Shown here one piece after another: positions 11,698 through 22,899 of a stretch of 64,000 nucleotides of DNA. Every line of letters starts with the position of its first letter. Positions within the stretch are counted from its first letter, which is position 1. A program made the translations under genes and the position numbers. A model generated the notes under the pieces. It had not been told where the DNA came from. It saw nothing but the letters and a program-made list of their open reading frames with translations, and did not search any database. Source of the DNA: Raillietiella orientalis (Eukaryota); assembly GCA_036172245.1 (NCBI GenBank), contig JAYWIR010000011.1:3038001-3102000 (forward strand). Direction: 5' to 3'.

Positions 11698-11877
11698 TTT
11701 TTCTGTTTTTGTTTATTCCCCCTTCCCCCTGCTGCCGTGATGGACCGTACCGGTCTGCGAACCGGTGACCCGGCAGGCTCTGTGTTTCTTCGCGCGTGGC
11801 TGGAGCACCGGTCCAGCCACAGCACGTCTTTGTAGAAGTTTGTATTAATAAACGCCCCGGCGAAATCCGGGTGAAAA
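11698..11877 (+). mobile_element. 3'-UTR-only LINE copy C with 14 bp TSD
   Basis: TCGAAAGCTTTGCT at 11684-11697 and 11878-11891; inserted antisense into the KAFD codons of copy B. Confidence 0.9.
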
Positions 11878-13309
11878 TCGAAAGCTTTGCTCAAATAGAC
11901 CGCAACCGCAAGGGCCCAGGAGCGTCTGATCCTTGGTGACCTTCCCCTTCCTGGTCAGAGGAGAATCCAGGACTCTCATGATCCCTTGGCACAACTCGCT
12001 GTTGCAAATGCCACCATGTGCTCGCGAGGAGCAGGTTCGCCTCCATGACTCTTCCGCCGTACGTCTGCTCCGGACCGATCACGGATCCGGCCACCTGTCC
12101 CAGCCGCTCCACCCACAGTTTGGTAGGCATCTTGGCGTCCACGTTCACCACAGTGATCGGTCACCAGTTGCCAACGTTGCGCAAGTCTCCTGTTTTGGGT
12201 AGGAGACGTACTCTTGCTGACCAGAACGAGACGGGTACCTCGCCCCGTTCACGGATCAGAGTGCATAGCCGATGCATCAAGGGAGCAAGCTCTGCCGCGA
12301 AGACTTGGTAGAACTCCGCAGGCAGGCCGTCTTCTCCTGGTACCTTCCGCCTCTTGAGCTTTCCGAGAGGAGCAGTGAAGGGCTCTTCGAGGCTTCTTCG
12401 TTCCTCCTCCCCTAACAGTGACGCGCCCTCTGGCAGCAAACGCTGCGCAGAGTCGCACTCTGGAAGTACCCTTGCGTACAGAAAGGATGAAACTGCGCTT
12501 CTTCCTCTTCTTGCTGGTGAGGACCGCTGGGGATGTTTCTTGGCACTCCCGCAGGCACCGGATCGAGGAGTCACTCCGCCTGACGCTTTTAGAGCGGCAG
12601 GTGGAAGCAGGAGGAAGGGGTACCCTCCCCTCTGAGAAGACTCCATGGGGAGAGGGTTCCTACGATGCCAACCTGCCGCGGACTGTCTGGAGGAGCGTGC
12701 GCAGGGAGACTGTTCAGCTCTCTGGACGCCGGAAACGAAAGTTTCCTTGCCGATGCCTTGCGGAGCAGAGCAGCTCTCCGCTCCTTCCTCAGCGGAGAAG
12801 GGCTCCGCCCCTTCCTTCGTATTGGATGGTTCTCAAAATCCCGGCGAGTGAAGAGCGAGTTCCGACTTCCCCCTACCTCCCAAGATGGAGACGCTTTCCA
12901 GGACGGATTGAGAGAGCCCTGGAGGCATTTCCCGGTACGAAAGGCAGGGTTCCCGGCTCCGTGCCTGTCCCGGGGAAGGCTGCTGGAAGGACATCATGAT
13001 CCTCTGTTCCCGAGGGGAAAACGAGGAGTCCCTTCCGCCTGCCAGCCCTCGCTATGGGAGGAGGATCCTCTCTCCCCTGGCCTTCTTCACGAGGTGCCTT
13101 CCCGGTCGCTGGACGAGGAGAACCTCGCGGTCCGAATGGTTCTGCCTCAAGGTCGTATCCCCCATGCCCCTCCTCGTTCCTCCACGGATTTCCTGAACAG
13201 GAGAATGGTCTCAGGGGGAGCATTTTTCTGCTCCCAGAAGGAGGCCGGCTTGCGACACAGCGCGCGACGAGCTGGAGGAAGCCATGACAACGCCGAGGTC
13301 CAGAGACGA

Positions 13310-14594
13310 TTGAAACCCGGTTGCGCCGGGACGTTTATTCTTACGAACAAACCTCTATAAACTGTGACTGGACCAGTAGTCCAGCCACACCCTAGATACT
13401 GTCAGCCTGCCGGGCCCCCGGTGCGCAGACCGGTGCGGTCGACCTCGGAAGCAGAGGGGAGGGGGCACGAAACAAAAAGAAAACAAAAAATAAACAAAAA
13501 CTGGGGAGGGAACGGGAAGGGCTCATTGTCTGCTGGGAGGGTCCGTCATCCTCTGGAGGATGCCGGCAAGCTGTTGCTGGATGGTGGATGTCAGATGGGG
13601 CCATCGCGTCGCCATCCTCAGGAAGCGGGCGGCGTACACGGTGGCATCCCTGTCTCTGGATCCTCCCGTCGCTTTGCTCCATGCCGCGACGATCCCGCGT
13701 AGGCAGCACAGGGCTGCAAGCGAGGACGCTGGCGGCAGAGCGTCGCCGACGAATAGGGGTCGCAAAGCGTCTCTGGGGTTGCCTCCGGGGATTCCCAGGG
13801 CCGCAGCAAAGCGTTCCCACAGGGGCTGGAGGGCAACACAATCCACTAACAGATGGGGAGGTATTCCCTCTCCCCACACCTGACACAATTGGGGTTGACA
13901 CTTCCCCGCGTCACTGCCGACTGTTGCCACTTCATGAGGAGGGTGCGAGTGTCCATAAGCACCAAGGGCCACTTGAGATGTTCCTCCGGAACTTCCAGTA
14001 GCTCACCCCAGCGCTAGAGTCCATGTGGGGTGATACTCGGGGTCGCAGCGTTCGTGAGCTGGCCCGTTCTCCATTCCCCGATCCTTCGCTCCGTACCGGA
14101 GCTCTTAATGGTAACCTCCCATTCTGCCGCGATTCGCTTCCCAGATGCTCCCGGAGGGTAGGCAGTACCGCAGCAAGGGAGGTTCTTCCTGCCCACGCTC
14201 TTCTTCGAGGATCTTCGACAATTTCTCGGAGCGTGCGGTGGGCGTGCGGCCCGAACAGAGATGTGCGTGTTGCGGGCTTTGCTCCTGAGTCATCGCCCAC
14301 GTGCGAACGGTTTCCTGCAGCCAGGTAGTACCGTTCGCGGGGCACACGAAGATCAATCCCGTGTTGTTCTTCATGAGTTTGGCTGCCCTTCGAAGCTGTA
14401 GTCCGCAGTGGCAGATGGGGCTTCGGAGTGCAAGGTAGGACGAAAGTTCCGCGGTTGCCGGTGGCCTGCTCGACGAAGAGACGTGTAGAGCCTCACCAGG
14501 AGATGCAACAGTTCTTCGCCATAAAGATAATCACCCAGAACTGGAGCTGAAGCTCCAGCTGCTCCAGCGTTAGGAGACCAAGACCGCCGTCCCG
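13310..14594 (-). mobile_element. 5'-truncated L1/Tx1-like LINE copy D with 20 bp TSD
   Basis: ACGCCGAGGTCCAGAGACGA at 13290-13309 and 14595-14614; RDGGLGL start, PHLLVDC..LW, family 3' UTR. Confidence 0.9.
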
Positions 14595-16208
14595 ACGCCG
14601 AGGTCCAGAGACGACGACGGAGGGACATCGTCCCTCCGTCCGACCGTCAGAGTCCCCGCAAGAGAGACGGGAGGGGCAGAAGCACGAGAGAGAGATGTGG
14701 AGGTTCACCCTCGGTCCGAGAGTGCCCTCTCTTCGAGTCCGCTGGCTCCTCTCCCTGTGTCAGAAGCATCTTCGCCGGAGGCTCACGGATGACGATCCCG
14801 TGGCGCTGCGTTTCCTCTGTTGAGGACAGTCGGGAAATGAGAACCGGGGAGGGGACGTCTGAAAGGAGTCCCGAACACCCCTCCCCTCCTCTCTCTTCTT
14901 TTTCCTCCGCCTTTGTCCCTCTGTTCCCCCACCACCACCACCGACTCGCATGGGCAGCCCGCGGTCTCGGCCGCAGTACAGGAAGAAGGCGAGCACCCAC
15001 CGTGCCACCTTCCGGGCCTCCTTGCGAACTCTCTCCTCTTTCCGGAAGAAGAAAAAGGGGGAGGATATGAGGTCTGCGTTCCAGTTGGGAACGAGAAAAC
15101 CTCGCTAGCAAGACGGACAAGCCATGCGGATCACCTGAAGGGGCGGGAGAGTACGCCTTCAACCGGCGCGCGCACTGTCCCTTCTCCTTCACCACCCCGA
15201 GACGGCCTGCTTTGTAGCCGCTTTTCTCGACCGCACAGGCGCCCCCTGGAAGCGGAGTGCCTGGGGGTGGGTGGAGATCCGCTCCGACCCCCGCCCCGGT
15301 GGAAGATAACGGAGGTCAGTGGTCAGCGATCTTCCCGAGGCCGGGCGCTTCGCGCGCGCCTTCCGCTTGTCCCTCGGAACCCCAGCCAGACGTCCCAAGA
15401 TGGGTAGGAGCGCGGCAATGCCGTGGTAAGGAAGGCGGGAGGGAAGAGGCGCGCTCTCAGCCTTCGGTGACGTCACGAGTCCCAGCAGCTCCAATCCCCG
15501 GAAGAAAGGGGCTCGGCCCGACTCGGCCCTAGCAGAAGGGCTTCTCCCCCTCTCCTCCTTTCAGTCTCAGAAAGAGCCCTCTCCTCTCTGTTTCCTCCTC
15601 CGGGTCCCCTCCCCTACGTCCAAGCGGAAGCAGGTCGCAAGGGGGCGACAATGCCGCTGCCGCAGACGCGAAACGAGGAGAAGCGGGAGACCCGGAACTA
15701 CCAGGAAGCAACGGAGGCGGCGGGTCCGACGACGGCCAGATCCTCTGGGACGCACGCACGTGGGGACCCTGCAGACCATGAGGCTTTTCTCATGTGAGAC
15801 TGCATGGACTGTTCCTCTTTATTTTATTTTATTTTTTTGGAGTCGGGAGTGGCCCGCCGGCGATGCCACTCCTCACGTTCCAGAGACAGAGGAGGTCCCC
15901 TTGCCTCGCAACAGGGTCTGCTGCTGCGTGGGATTCCCGCCCTGCTTCTGGTTCTCATTAGTTCGAAGGCACAAAACGTGCGGGGGCTCGCACCGCTGTC
16001 CTCCTCCCCCCCTTTCGGAGGCTCCGAGTCTACTTGGCTACCTTGAGCCATCTGAGACGCTAAACGTTGGGCAACGTGGGCGCGCCATCGGTGCAGCGAG
16101 CGCCGACGGCTGGCACCTTTTCGGGACCGAACGCGCTTCTCCGTAGGAAGGTGCGCGTGCTGCAAGAGGAGGCTGCATGGCCGATCGGGCGCGGGCGCGC
16201 TGCAGCCA

Positions 16209-17080
16209 CGCCCAGTGAAGCCGGGGCGTTTATTTGATGCAAAAGTAAACACTTGCAAAGATTGTCGTTGGAACTGGTGGCCCAACCACGCCCATTCCAG
16301 CGAAAGTCTGAAGGGTTACCGGTTCGCAGACCGGTGAGGTCCACCGCGGTAGCAGAGGGGAGAGGCCAACAAAAAAAAAAGGAAATAAAAATAAATAAAT
16401 AAATAAACTTTGGGGTGTGTGGAATGGTTTTATGGTCAGCTGGGGACGGTTCTCCGCATCCATTAGAGGATGCCTGCAAGCTCTTGCTGGATATTGCTGT
16501 CCAGGTGGGGCCATTTCGTTGCCGTTCTCATGAAGCGGATGGCGAAGTGGATATGGAACTCCTGTCGCTCGGTTCTCCTCTTGCGGTGCTCCAGGCAGCG
16601 ATGACGATCCCGTGTAGGCAGCAGGAGGCTACCAGCCAGACTTCCGACCGAAGTGCGTCGTGTAGGAGGAGGGGAGGTCGTAAGGCGTTCCTGGAGTTGC
16701 TGCCGGGGGTTCCTGGTGTCGCGGCAAAGCATTTCCAGAGGGGTTGGAGGACAACACAAGCCACAAGCAGGTGCGGTAGGGATTCCCTCTTCCCGTAGTC
16801 AGCTACGGGAAGAGGGAATCCCGTTGGGGACCGCACACCTTCAGGTCCAGTCATCCAGTCATGACTGCGGACATTGCACGGGAAGTCCCAGTACAGCAAT
16901 TGCGACGCCGAGTTCTGCCACTTCAGGGGAAGCGTGGAGCTGTCCACAAACAATGGAGGAATTTCTGAGTTTTTAGGAAAATCCATCCAGCGACGAATCT
17001 CTTTGGGGAGAGTAACGGGGATACGTGGGTCAGCCAGTGGACTCTTCTCTTGGGCTCTTGGCGAGGCGAACCGCGTCAAG
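16209..17080 (-). mobile_element. 5'-truncated L1/Tx1-like LINE copy E
   Basis: ESLPHLLVACVVLQPLW; nearly identical to copy F over about 500 bp; family 3' UTR ending AATAAACGCCCCGG. Confidence 0.85.
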
Positions 17081-17430
17081 AGCGCAGCTCAGTTTCGCCG
17101 GAGAGGAGAGGACGAGGAAGCATACGCTCCTTGAAATCGGCTCGGGTGGATTCCGGTTCGGTGGGGGGGAGGGAGGAGGGCACCAGCACGGAAAATGATT
17201 TACTCTCGACTGGAACAGCACGACTCGGTGCCGCAGAGTTCGGAAAACATCCGTGAGCTCAAGAAGCAATGCTCATAAGCACAGCGGGAGCGAACACGAA
17301 AGAGCGCAGGTTAAGTGAAAGCACAGTTGGTCCCCCAGAGACGGTAATAACTGATGTGGAAATAACCGACGTGATTTTATTTTAAATACGACTTTTTATT
17401 TTCAGTTTTCACAAAAGGAAGCGCCACCTC

Positions 17431-17450
17431 ATTAAGCTGATAAGAATCGA
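17431..17450 (-). ncRNA. 20 nt U2 snRNA target-site remnant
   Basis: TCGATTCTTATCAGCTTAAT versus U2 TCTGTTCTTATCAGCTTAAT, immediately after AATAAA as at 7034. Confidence 0.7.
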
Positions 17451-18325
17451 TTTATTTGAAAAGTAGGAAAGGGGGGGCAGAGGTGCGCAAGGAAAAATGC
17501 AGGGGAGGGCTCTTCGTCCTCCTCAACTCCCTCTCTCTTTACCTCATGTTGGCGGCCGCCAAATCCAAAGATGCGTTAGGTTCGAGGACGATCTTCCTGG
17601 TTCGCATCGGCGTTCTCTTCGTCCGTGCGCTGCCCATTGATGGCTTCCTCCTATGCGTGTCTGTATGGGGTTGGAGGCGTCCTCGGCTGGGTGTCCGAAT
17701 CGACGCCTCCAATAAACGTCGCGTCTTCGGCGAAAAGGCACACGAGTCAACCGTGGGTTGCCATGCCTTCTCCACCTACGGTCGCAGGGTGTCCAGTTCT
17801 CGCAGGACTCCAGCGTTTCCGGGATCCCACGCTCCAAGGACTCCAGCGATGACTTTCTGAGCCGCTATTTGTAAGTCCCTCCAGGAAGTTTGCCTGGCAA
17901 CACACCGACATTCGTTTTTCCCTTTCCTGGAGGTGTCAACCGCCTCTCCCCCGTTCTCGAATGGGAGTGCCGTTCGTTCTTCAGGCTCACCTCGAACCTC
18001 TTCGTCCCTTCTTCGGGATTCCACGAAGGGTCGAGCAGTTTTCCCTTCGCTGAGCGACCTGATACGGGAGCAGCAAGGAAGGTTTACGCAACTCCCCGTT
18101 ACCACGGTCCTACAAGCTGCATTGCCACTCGAGCACCGGACACGAAGAGCGCTCTCGATGTTAGGAGGACACCGTTAGAATCAACACATAGCTTTAGTGA
18201 TTGCAGTCGCTGGGCCTGCATTTCCCCTTCCGTTGCTCTGCGGAACCACTGCACGAGGCACTCGCCATCGCATGCGGCCAGGCACGGTTCCATCTCGGAG
18301 AGGCCATAACAACGACGACAGCTGG
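17451..18325 (-). mobile_element. Utopia-like (NeSL clade, restriction-like endonuclease) non-LTR retrotransposon 3' fragment
   Basis: Decayed knuckle CRRCYGLSEMEPCLAAC, ARPFV (RPD-like), LPFENG, IAGVLGAWDPGN; 3' end joined to U2 remnant. Confidence 0.8.
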
Positions 18326-19005
18326 AGGACTTTGATGAAGAAAAATAGAAAAAAAAAGAAAGGAAAGGTTAAATAAAGAAAATGGACAGCATGAATTCCA
18401 AATGAAAGAAATCGTGGTTTGTTGCAGTTGTGGTCGGATTGGAACGGAGACATGCGGTTCGTTGCCACGAAGCGGCGGCTTTCAGTGGCTCTTCAGGAAC
18501 CTGCACTTGGCAGGGAGGATTCAACCAGAGGAGAAAGGACCTTGGAGGAGAAGAGGGCGTCTTTGATGCCTTGGAGGGTTTCTCCGTTCTTTTCAGTTCC
18601 AGAAATACCTAGCAAACGCTCCCATCGGGCATCCTCAGGCACCACTACCACCACCACCCTCTGGACAGCAAGCAGATGGGAGGCTGCTGAAGTCAGGTGG
18701 TCTTCCCGATGGGCTGTCCTCACCGAGAGATTGCTTTGGCACAGCAGCCGCTTCTCTGTGTTTCCTGCGTGGCACCCAAACACGGTGCAGCCCTCCCCCC
18801 CCTTCCCCCCCAAAAAACCCTGAAAAAGCGGCGAGTCAAGGACGGCGGTCACCGACAGAGATCGGCGTCCCCCCCCCCCTCCAGTACGGAGTGGAGGAAT
18901 CGTTCCTTTTTTTGGGTTGGCTAAGAACTAAAAAAGCCGTTCGCCTAGGGGCTCACGACGAAGCTCTTTGATGCTATCCCACGTCACCAGGAGGTGCATG
19001 TTGAC

Positions 19006-19652
19006 TCTTCAAGTTAGAAGGCACCCCAGGAGGGAACCATCCTATGGATCCAGGAAGGCCTCGGAGGAAGGAGTCCATTCCTCTTACTCTTAGAGGGAAC
19101 CTCTTCCTTGCTCCCTATGGAGAAATCTTCCGATTCGTGGGGTCCGCTCCTCGTTTCTTCTCCGGAGGGAACCCGCAAAGGAACCGCTCCTTGTTTCCTC
19201 GTCCTCTGAAGAGAACCCTGAAGGGATGCTTCCCAGTTTCTCTGAAGGGCCGTCCGTCCACCCCCCTCTAAGGGAGCAACCCGCTTCTTGACACTCTGGA
19301 GAGGTACCAGTGCACCAGCTCCATGGTACGAGATCGAGGGTTCCCCCTCCCTCCAAGAAGGGGAGACTACCCATTTCCACCACCGGATGGGAAACACCAA
19401 AAGAATGGGGCTCTTGGTTCCTGGAAGAACCACGGAGAGTCAACTTCCAATCCCGACCGGTCATGGGGCATCCAGGGGTTTCCGGCTTCCTTCAGCGCAC
19501 CCGAAGCCAACCAGCGCCATCTTGCAGGAGGATTCGAACCCCACGACGCACCCCTATTTCTCGGCGTCTATCCTTACCCGGGCGGGATCGAACCCGCAAC
19601 GTTTGGTGTCGCGCGCGCGGGAGACCGAGGTAACGCGTCAGTCAACGCAGGC
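19006..19652 (-). mobile_element. tRNA-derived SINE with two B-boxes, copy 2
   Basis: GGTTCGATCCC (19594-19584) and GGTTCGAATCC (19540-19530); shared body and tandem subrepeats. Confidence 0.78.
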
Positions 19653-20884
19653 AAAGAAAGGAGGGATCGTTTCTCGTGGGCATAGACAGCGAGGTTTTCC
19701 CTAACCTGCGTTCCTTCGGCAATAGCAAAGCCATCCGTGAGGGTTGCGGGTCGCCTAGAGGGGGGGAGGGGAGCGGAATGAACGGGAGCCGTGCGGGGTG
19801 AAAGTTGTCTCCCGGAGCGGCTTCCTCCTGGAAGCACGGAGGGAAGACCGAAGCAAGGATGAGCGGCGCGCCCGGCTCCCGCACGTAGAAGCCGGAAAGT
19901 CTTCGAGCCGGGGAAAAACGCGGACGGGCTCACGCCGGACTGGCGGGCACGAAGAGCCCGTGCGCACTCACGAGGAGACGGCGGATCTCGCTGTTTCCAT
20001 GGCACGAATTCTCCGCTTTTCAGGTTTCACAATCAATCGGCAGCTCAGGATGAAAAGGTCCGGACTTGCATCACACAGCTGGCCGCTTTCCGAGTCCCGG
20101 AGGAGCAAAACGGACCATTTCGTTCGTCAGGAAAAAAAATGAAAAATTGCTCGGCCAGCAGCAGCAGCAGCAGCAGATTCAAGGAGGAGCAGCTTTGACC
20201 GGGAAATTCAATGAGGAATCTTGGGCGAGTTTGATCTCCCAGAATAGGAACAGCAGCATCTCTAGGGGCGGGTGCCCGTCGCGGGACGACCTGGAAGCGG
20301 CTCAGGTCCCGGAGAGGGCGGCTTCTTCGCCGAGTTCCCAGAAGGAAGCACGGATGCTTCACCTTTTCGAGTTTACGGCTCGTCGGGAACCGATGCGGTG
20401 ATCAGGAGCCGAGGATGTGCCAGGAGCGAGTGGTGGATGGTCGCTCAGCATCACGAGGGGCCAAAAATCGCAAGATTAAACCGAACTAGCTGCAGGAAGA
20501 ATCGCACGCGGCAATGGCGCCGAGAACTCGGCAGCAGCCGAAGCGGAAAAACCGGGGACAAAGCTAAGGGGGGGGGGAAGAGGGAGCATAGAAGACGCTG
20601 TCGTCGGTGATTTTGACTTATCCTGAAAGATCTCAGGAATCAGAGGTTCAGTGGAAAGGAGTCCCCCGAGGGAACACGGGAGTGTGGCAATATGGAATGC
20701 CACCGGTCCCATAGATGAGGGGGGACTCGCTGAAGAGAGAAACGTCTGCCGGTTCCTTTCGCCTCAAGGGATGGAGCTTCAACCACCTTGAAGCGGACAT
20801 GGTGGAGAAGACCGAGGGGGGCGCGGCACTAGCAAGGCACTCAGATGGGCAGCTTTTACGCCGCCTTGGCCGACTCGTGTTGAG

Positions 20885-21724
20885 TTGTCAGCCGGGTGCA
20901 CCGGAGCGTTTGTTTATAAATAAAATAAACATCTACAATATCTGTAGTTGAAACGGCGGTCAAACCACGTGTTTCTTAGATCTAACCTGCCGCGTTACCG
21001 GTTCGCACAGCGGTGAGGTCCGCCACGGCAGTAGAGGGAAAGGAGCAAGCAAAAAAAATAAAAATAAACAATTTTAAGGATAGGAGAGAGGGGTGCAGGA
21101 AGGGGTCATTGTCGCTCGGTCCTCCTGGGAATGTTCCTCTGCATCCTTTGGAAGATGCCTGCAGGCTCTTGCTGGATATTGCTGTTGAAGTGGCGCCATC
21201 TCGTTGCCGTTCTCATGAAGCGGATGGCGAAGTGGATATGGAACCCCTGTCGCTCGGTTCTCCTCTTGCGTTGCTCCAGGCAGCGATGACGATCCCGTGT
21301 AGGCAGCAGGAGGCTACCAGCCAGACTTCCGGCCGAAGTGCGTCGCGTAGGAGGAGGGGAGGTCGTAAGGCGTTCCTGGAGTTGCTGCCGGGGGTTGCTG
21401 GTGTCGCGGCAAAGCATTTCCAGAGGGGTTGGAGGACAACACAAGCCACAAGCAGGTGCGGTGGGGATTCCCTCTTCCCGTAGTCAGCTACGGGAAGAGG
21501 GAATCCCGTTGGGGACCGCACACCTTCAGGTCCAGTCATCCAGTCATGACTGCGGACATTGCACGGGAGGTCCCAGTGCAACAGCATCAACGCCGACTCC
21601 TGCCATTTCAGTGGGAGGGTGCGTCTGTCCAAGAGCACTGCAGGTCCTCCTCCGGAATACCCAGTAACTCTCCCCAGAGCAAAAGTCCTCGAAGTGGGGC
21701 ACTCGGAGCTGAGGCGTGCGGTCA
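20885..21724 (-). mobile_element. 5'-truncated L1/Tx1-like LINE copy F with 13 bp TSD
   Basis: GACTCGTGTTGAG at 20872-20884 and 21725-21737; PHLLVACVVLQPLW; family 3' UTR. Confidence 0.88.
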
Positions 21725-22329
21725 GACTCGTGTTGAGGGACAGCAGTGGGGCGGCAGCGCTCGCGTGCTGGACCGAGTTTCCTCGGTCGTACCGGAGCTC
21801 AACCAGAAGTTCCGAAGACGGGAAAAGGGCCCTGCCAGCACCGGTGCCGACCTGGCTTCCAGAGAATTCGATGATGGCGGCGATTTCAGAAGTTTCAAAG
21901 CGGCATCGAGGCCACAAAGGCTCCCTGAAGAACCGCGAGCCCGGAAGGCTGGTAGCGGATTGCACGACGTGTGATGGAAACCATCCCGGTCGCGTTTCGC
22001 TAGGCGTTCGTGGGGCAATACGACGGGGCGGCTGGGCAGTTGCAACCGTTCGAGCGGCTCGCCTCGTTCCGCTCAAGATGGCTGGCTACTCTCTCGGAAC
22101 ACATGGTCCCTGCCATGCTTCTGCCCCTTGGATGCCGCAGGAGACACTCTGTTCCGCTCGTCAGTGCCAGAGAACGACCGTGCCCGCAAAGTTCCAGAAA
22201 CGGGTCCAAAAAACCAGGAACCTTCCTGCGAAGTCGGATGCTCGGGCATCTGCAGACTTCGCGAAAGAGCAATGCCGTGCGAATTCTCTCCATCCGACAT
22301 GGAGTGCCAGCTGCTTTTGAGGAGCGCTT

Positions 22330-22760
22330 CTCTAGCCTCTAGGAGCGAAGTGGCAGCGGCGCACGAAGGAGATGGTGCAAGTGAAGGCCAACCGGATACT
22401 CCCTGTCCGGCTGTTTCGTACAGTGCAAGAGTTTGTAACTTCGGGAGAGAGCAATTGGGCGTAAGATCTTTCGGCCGTAGAGAAATCTTCGCAGCCAGTC
22501 CAGAGCTGAGCTAAGGTGCACCACGGCGGGGAAAGCTGCGTGGTCTCGTCACGTGACATCCGGAGAAGTACTAGAAGTGAAGCCATCACAAGTCATCGAC
22601 CCGAAGGGGCGATGGAAATCCTTTTGGGCTCTCCCATCCGCGCTGCTTTCCTTCCAGGTTCTGCTTTTTCGGCTTTCCTTCTAGTTCGCTTCGCTAAGCA
22701 CTGGAGAACAGTTCACCCCTTGGAGGCATTTGAGTGGCTCCATGATACCGCCACATAGGG
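22330..22760 (-). mobile_element. Decayed CR1/L2-like LINE fragment
   Basis: CGATGGAAATCCTTTTGGG block shared with 5907-5925; similar downstream sequence. Confidence 0.4.
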
Positions 22761-22799
22761 GCTGGCAAGCTCATTATCACGCCACCGGAAGTTGCGTGT

Positions 22800-22899
22800 A
22801 ACGCAGTCGGGGGGAAAACCCCGAAAGGGCTTCCCTAATAATCCAGGAAGACTCCAAGGACGGAGTCCGTTCCTCTCTACTCTTGGGAGGGAGCTCCGA
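22800..22899 (-). mobile_element. SINE 3' fragment (copy 4), split by LINE copy G and resuming near 24231-24320
   Basis: AATCCAGGAAG...GGAGTCCGTTCCTCTC matches the other SINE tails. Confidence 0.6.

Larger units (their letters stand above)
9843..15480 (-). mobile_element. Near-complete decayed L1/Tx1-like LINE ORF2 (APE, RT, Cys-rich C-terminus; copy B), interrupted by copies C and D
   Basis: KVPGEDGLPAEFY, LLPKTGDLRNVGNW-RPITVVNVDAK, SKAFD, GVRQGDSISPL, SAYEDH (YADD equivalent), FKYFG, TLPHLLLDC..LW; stops and frameshifts; APE part weak. Confidence 0.9.

Noticed and set aside
11725..11780. LINE 3' UTR structure as an HDV-like, hammerhead or twister ribozyme
   Set aside because: No HDV P1 pairing, no CUGANGA/GAAA core, no twister UAA and GAGGG elements found by eye
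15522..15532. TSD for LINE copy B (CTCGGCYCTAG, also near 9823)
   Set aside because: Short, imperfect and not flush with the 3' end
19525..19652. Functional tRNA genes
   Set aside because: T-arm motifs only; no full cloverleaf and embedded in a dispersed repeat
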